Positions 60,101 through 64,000 of a stretch of 64,000 nucleotides of DNA are shown piece after piece; position 1 is the stretch's first letter; each line of letters opens with the position of its first letter. The translations under genes and the position numbers were made by a program. The stretch comes from an uncultured Candidatus Saccharibacteria bacterium. Lineage in GTDB: Bacteria > Patescibacteriota > JACMRA01. Location of the stretch: assembly GCA_964631275.1 (NCBI GenBank), contig CAZVWQ010000004.1:11788-75787 (forward strand), given 5' to 3'. The notes under the pieces were generated by a model, which saw nothing but the letters and a program-made list of their open reading frames with translations, made no database searches and was not told where the DNA came from.

Positions 60101-60191
60101 TATCACCCAAAATTTAGCTCTTCATAAGCAAATAAATCCTTTATTAAACTAAAATTCTTAATGGGTATTGCTAATTAGCAAGAAGGGTATA
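60101..60191 (-). repeat. C-family repeat, diverged
   Basis: tatcacccaaaatttagctcttcataagcaaataaatcctttattaaactaaaattcttaatgggtattgctaattagcaagaagggtata. Confidence 0.7.
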
Positions 60192-60430
60192 TATTTCTCA
60201 AAAAAAATACCTACAAACACAAAATAAAAGGTATGATAATTATAATTTTTACAAAAGCTTATTTTTGAAAGGACTAAAAAAACGAGGCACCTTGTTCCTA
60301 AAAATTAGGAAACTTTTGACTAAACAAAAAAAATAGCATTAAATAGATATATGTGCTCAAATAAAGTTGCAACTTACTTGGGTAGCACATAAGCTTAAAA
60401 TTACAAGTTCCTAACAAAAACAAAATTATT

Positions 60431-61084
60431 ATGATAAAAATTAATAAAATTCTAAAAGGTCTAGTAGTAGCTGCTTCTGTAGCTTCTATAGCTGGTAGTA
60501 GCGTACTTGCTCAAGACACTACTGATATTACTTTAACTGTAACTGCAGGACAATTGACAGTTACTTCTCCAGCTACTGCAGCCTTTACAGGGATAACAAT
60601 CAGTGGACAAGTAGAATCTACCTCTACTGATATTAACGGTATTAACATAGTTGACCAAAGAGGTACGAATGCTGGTTGGACTCTACAAATGAAAGTCTCA
60701 AATCTTAGACTTGCTACTCCAGATCCTAATGATAATATCTTGTTAGCTAGATCAACTAGTGCTCTTAAAACCACCAATTCAGCTGATGTTTATGCAACTA
60801 TTACTAATTCTGGTTTAACTGATAACTCAGGAGGTACTGGTGCTCCAGTAGCTGATTTGCAATTAATTGCTAACCCTACTTTTGACACTTTATCTGCTTT
60901 AGACAATACTGGTGAAACCGAATTCATGGATGTTGTAGTGGCTGAAGTTAACGAAGGTGCTGGTGATTATGTTTTTAACGCTAATGTTGAAATAGAGGTA
61001 CCTCCTTTTGGAAATTATGCCTTAGCTGGTAAATTTATCGGAGGTGGTGACTATACTGGTACGATATCTTTCGATTTCTTATAA
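60431..61084 (+). CDS. WxL-domain-like secreted surface protein
   Basis: 217 aa with signal peptide (KGLVVAASVASIAGSSVLAQD). VDQRGTNAGWTLQMKVSNL matches the first WxL motif context (DxRG...GWxL). C-terminal YTGTISFDFL sits where the second WxL motif lies, with F in place of W. Confidence 0.55.
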   Translation: MIKINKILKGLVVAASVASIAGSSVLAQDTTDITLTVTAGQLTVTSPATAAFTGITISGQVESTSTDINGINIVDQRGTNAGWTLQMKVSNLRLATPDPNDNILLARSTSALKTTNSADVYATITNSGLTDNSGGTGAPVADLQLIANPTFDTLSALDNTGETEFMDVVVAEVNEGAGDYVFNANVEIEVPPFGNYALAGKFIGGGDYTGTISFDFL

Positions 61085-61328
61085 TAGATTTTTTGTCAGT
61101 GGATTAATTTCTGCTGGCAGCCTAAAGTATTTCTAATTTTTGGAATATTCTAGATTGCCAGTATCAAGGCAAAAACATATACCAGTTACTACTATAAAAC
61201 TTTTATAACAGTCCATTATTAAACTAAAAAATAGCTTACATGTAGACTTGTTTTGGTAAAAGTTTGGTCAAAGTTAACATGGGAATAATTATAAAACACA
61301 ATAATAATCAATTAAAAACAAAAAAAAT

Positions 61329-62612
61329 ATGACTCAAAAAATTATCAAAAAAATCAGCTTACTCGGGGCAAGTTTTGGTTTAATCTTTTCTTCATTTCTT
61401 GGCTTGAATATTAATGCCCAAGAGACTTTTGATCTTAGTGAACTATCAATATATAGCTTTGTAGATGCTAGTGATATTGCTGTATATCCGTGTGAATCAG
61501 AAGTTGATTCTAGCTTTTCTCAAAGTAAATCTTGGCTTATCAAAAAAGCTAAGGCTGGGTCTAATATCGAGGCTTGTGTGCTAGTAGCTAATCCTACTTC
61601 TGAGACTAAGACAATTAAAGTTGCACCTCAAGACGGACTGCCTTCTTCTGGAGGCTCACTTAGCATGTCTTCAGAGAGCGATGAATTAACAGCATTAGGT
61701 TCTTGGATTGACCTTGGTCAGGATACTCAGACTACTATTACTTTAGATTCGGGCAAGGGTAGGGAGTTTAAATTTAGTATTAATGTTCCTAGCAATGTTG
61801 ATCCTGGAGAATACGGAGGAGCAATATCAATAACAGAGTTAGTAGACGATAATAATTCTGGTAATTTTCAGATACTTAAAAGATATGGAAACAGAGTTTA
61901 TGTTACAGTTACTCCAGAAGAAGAATTAACTCTAGGTACGGAATTTTCTAATTTTGAATTTATTGTTCCAGGTGCTCAGAGTTACGAAAGCTTTACTTCT
62001 AAAGCTAAAGCCTATGCTTGGAATGATATGGCTATGAATTGGAAGTTTGAAACAGTAGGTAATATCTTCACCAAAAAGAAAGGAACTCTAACTATTACTA
62101 ATCCTCAAGGCCAGACTAGTACTAAAGAATTTAGTGCTGACTTTTTCCCAAAGAATGAAGTTATAATGTCATATGTAGGAACTGACAGTCTATGGACAAC
62201 TCCAGGTACTTACAAGGCTAGATTCGAATTTGAACACGAACCAAACATTCCTTGGAATAAACCAGAAAATGTAGAAGATATTAGTTCAGTTAACTTTGTA
62301 GAGACTGAGATTAGCATGACTCAAGAAATGCTAGATCAACTAAAGGCTGATAAGGTTACTTTGGATTCAGATAAGGATAATAAAAACAAAGATGAAGATG
62401 CAAAAGCAGCTGGAATTGAAGCTTTTAAAGGCGAACAAGAGACAGTCCAAACTGGAGACGAAGAAGAAGATAATAATCTACAACAAATCTTGATTATTGG
62501 TGGAATTGCCTTTGGTGTAGTGATCTTAATATTAATTGCAGTAATTGTTTATCTAGTAATGAAATCAAAGAAATCAGACAAAAAAGAAGATTCAAAAAAA
62601 GATAAAAAATAA
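61329..62612 (+). CDS. DUF916/DUF3324-like cell-surface protein (CscA-like partner of WxL proteins), C-terminal TM anchor
   Basis: 427 aa. Signal peptide, SWLIKKAKAGSNIEACVLVANPTSETKTIKV, GEYGGAISI, RVYVTV, and C-terminal TM IIGGIAFGVVILILIAVIVYLV followed by a KKS-rich tail. Family assignment from memory of the architecture. Confidence 0.5.
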   Translation: MTQKIIKKISLLGASFGLIFSSFLGLNINAQETFDLSELSIYSFVDASDIAVYPCESEVDSSFSQSKSWLIKKAKAGSNIEACVLVANPTSETKTIKVAPQDGLPSSGGSLSMSSESDELTALGSWIDLGQDTQTTITLDSGKGREFKFSINVPSNVDPGEYGGAISITELVDDNNSGNFQILKRYGNRVYVTVTPEEELTLGTEFSNFEFIVPGAQSYESFTSKAKAYAWNDMAMNWKFETVGNIFTKKKGTLTITNPQGQTSTKEFSADFFPKNEVIMSYVGTDSLWTTPGTYKARFEFEHEPNIPWNKPENVEDISSVNFVETEISMTQEMLDQLKADKVTLDSDKDNKNKDEDAKAAGIEAFKGEQETVQTGDEEEDNNLQQILIIGGIAFGVVILILIAVIVYLVMKSKKSDKKEDSKKDKK

Positions 62613-62735
62613 ATTTGCAAAAAATACGCCAAAAATACTCCAAAACTAAAATTCCTAAAAATAAAAGCAAAGTAAATTTCTATAGGTAAAAAAAGTTCTT
62701 TGGTAAATTGAGATTAGCAGTTTAGATAAATCAAA

Positions 62736-64000
62736 ATGACTTTAAATAAAACAACATTGATCAAAATGAAAAGAATATCACAATTACTTTTGCTTTTTTT
62801 TCTTAGCTTGACCTTTCTCCAGTGGCCAATCTTAGCTCAAGAAGATACTTTTATAAACCTTAATACAGGAGATTATGACTACGTATCTAATGAGTCTATC
62901 GGAGTTTATCCATGTGAGCCTGAACCAGGAAATATCCAGAGCAAGTCTTGGGTAATTAAGCAGGCTAATCCAGGCGAAACCTTAGAGGCCTGTTTAATTA
63001 TAGCTAATCCAACTACAGAAAAGGTTAGAGTTCATGTGAGTCCTCAAGATGCCAAACCTACTTCTAATGGTAGTTTTAGTATGAGTTCTGAAGGAGAAGA
63101 ATTATCTGAAGTAGGTAGTTGGTTAGAGGCTGACTTTAGTGACGATCTATCTCTTGAAGCTGGGCAAGGCAAAAAACTAAACCTAAAAATTAGCATTCCA
63201 CAAGATGTGGCTCCTGGTGAGTACGGTGGAGCTATTGCTATTCGCCAGGTTTTAGATGAAGAAAATCAAGAAGATGGTAATTTTAAGATTCTAACAAGGT
63301 ACGGTGCTAGAATATATATAACAGTTAATCCACCTGAAAAACTTAACCAAGGCTTAGAATTTAATAATTTTGAATTTGTAGTTCCTGAAACAAAATTCTA
63401 CAAAGAGTACGTGGAGCAGGCCAAAACTTTCAAATGGGATGATATTGTTTTGACTTGGGAATTTGATACAATTGGGAATATCTTTAGCAATTATACTGGA
63501 AAAATAATAATTACTAACCCTCAAGGTGAAACCTTTGAGAGTCCTTTTAATCAAGAGTATTTTCCTAATTATCAAGCTACTTTACCATACACGCCAACAG
63601 GTTCAAAATGGACTATTCCAGGTATTTATAAAGCTAGGTTCGAATTTGAAAGCAAACCTTCGATTCCTAGCACCAAGCCAGAGTCTGTTAAAGATATATC
63701 TCCCCAAAACTTTGTAGAAACAGAAGTAAACATGACCCAAGAAATACTTGATCAGTTACGAGTAGACAAAATGACTTTAGACTCTATACTTAACGGTAGT
63801 CAGCAGTCTAGAGGCGAGGTAGAAACTCAAGGAATTAAGGCTTTTGAGGCGAGTCAGGAGACGGCAAAAATTGGAAGAGAAGATAATAACTTAAGAAATA
63901 TTTTGATCTTTGGTAGTATTGTTTTAACAATTTTGGTTTTAATTCTTATTGGAGTGATTGTTTATTTAGTTAAAAAGGGTAGGTTAACCCTACCAAATAG
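62736..64000 (+). CDS. paralogue of 61329..62612 (DUF916/DUF3324-like), runs off the window
   Basis: Absent from ORF track because no stop in window. My translation gives M..MKRISQLLLLFFLSLTFLQWPILAQE...SWVIKQANPGETLEACLIIANPTTEKVRVHV...GEYGGAIAI...RIYITV...ILIFGSIVLTILVLILIGVIVYLV. An alternative start is the ATG at 62766. Confidence 0.7.
   Translation, partial: MTLNKTTLIKMKRISQLLLLFFLSLTFLQWPILAQEDTFINLNTGDYDYVSNESIGVYPCEPEPGNIQSKSWVIKQANPGETLEACLIIANPTTEKVRVHVSPQDAKPTSNGSFSMSSEGEELSEVGSWLEADFSDDLSLEAGQGKKLNLKISIPQDVAPGEYGGAIAIRQVLDEENQEDGNFKILTRYGARIYITVNPPEKLNQGLEFNNFEFVVPETKFYKEYVEQAKTFKWDDIVLTWEFDTIGNIFSNYTGKIIITNPQGETFESPFNQEYFPNYQATLPYTPTGSKWTIPGIYKARFEFESKPSIPSTKPESVKDISPQNFVETEVNMTQEILDQLRVDKMTLDSILNGSQQSRGEVETQGIKAFEASQETAKIGREDNNLRNILIFGSIVLTILVLILIGVIVYLVKKGRLTLPN

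Overview
AT-rich bacterial chromosomal window read in the standard genetic code. It carries ribosomal proteins L27/L32/S9, sigma-70, MraY, ParA, several aminoacyl-tRNA synthetases and V-type ATPase subunits. Gene content and protein style fit a reduced-genome, CPR/Patescibacteria-like organism, but that is inference only. I can support about 45 protein genes, 2 tRNAs (Glu-UUC, Ser-UGA, both with encoded CCA), one IS982/IS5-like insertion sequence with a frameshifted transposase, and one decayed IS630-family transposase remnant. By my tally of the listed genes only about two thirds of the window is coding. Nearly every intergenic gap holds copies of at least six families of roughly 90-125 bp repeats with terminal inverted repeats (MITE-like). 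These are combined mosaically, are nested in one another at least once, and abut or overlap gene ends. The most striking single structure is an exact 408-bp inverted repeat pair (27868-28275 and 31849-32256). It brackets a 3.57-kb segment carrying nusB-like, rpmF, rpmA, rpsI and rseP, and is a candidate flip-flop inversion module. Other points worth follow-up: three housekeeping genes are present only as domain fragments next to repeats (GluRS C-terminal half with an embedded Nudix box, ValRS C-terminal domain, LigA adenylation domain). There is an RpoD-TsaE fusion ORF and a WxL plus DUF916/DUF3324-like surface-protein cluster at the right edge. The V-ATPase genes are scattered next to the IS. 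A perfect 19-bp tandem duplication sits in the 5' coding end of a membrane protein gene. A 2.1-kb ORF-poor stretch contains a perfect consensus promoter and convergent micro-ORFs. No CRISPR array, rRNA, recognisable defence system or prophage was seen. All repeat coordinates are hand-aligned and approximate to a few bp, except the 408-bp arms, which I checked base by base.
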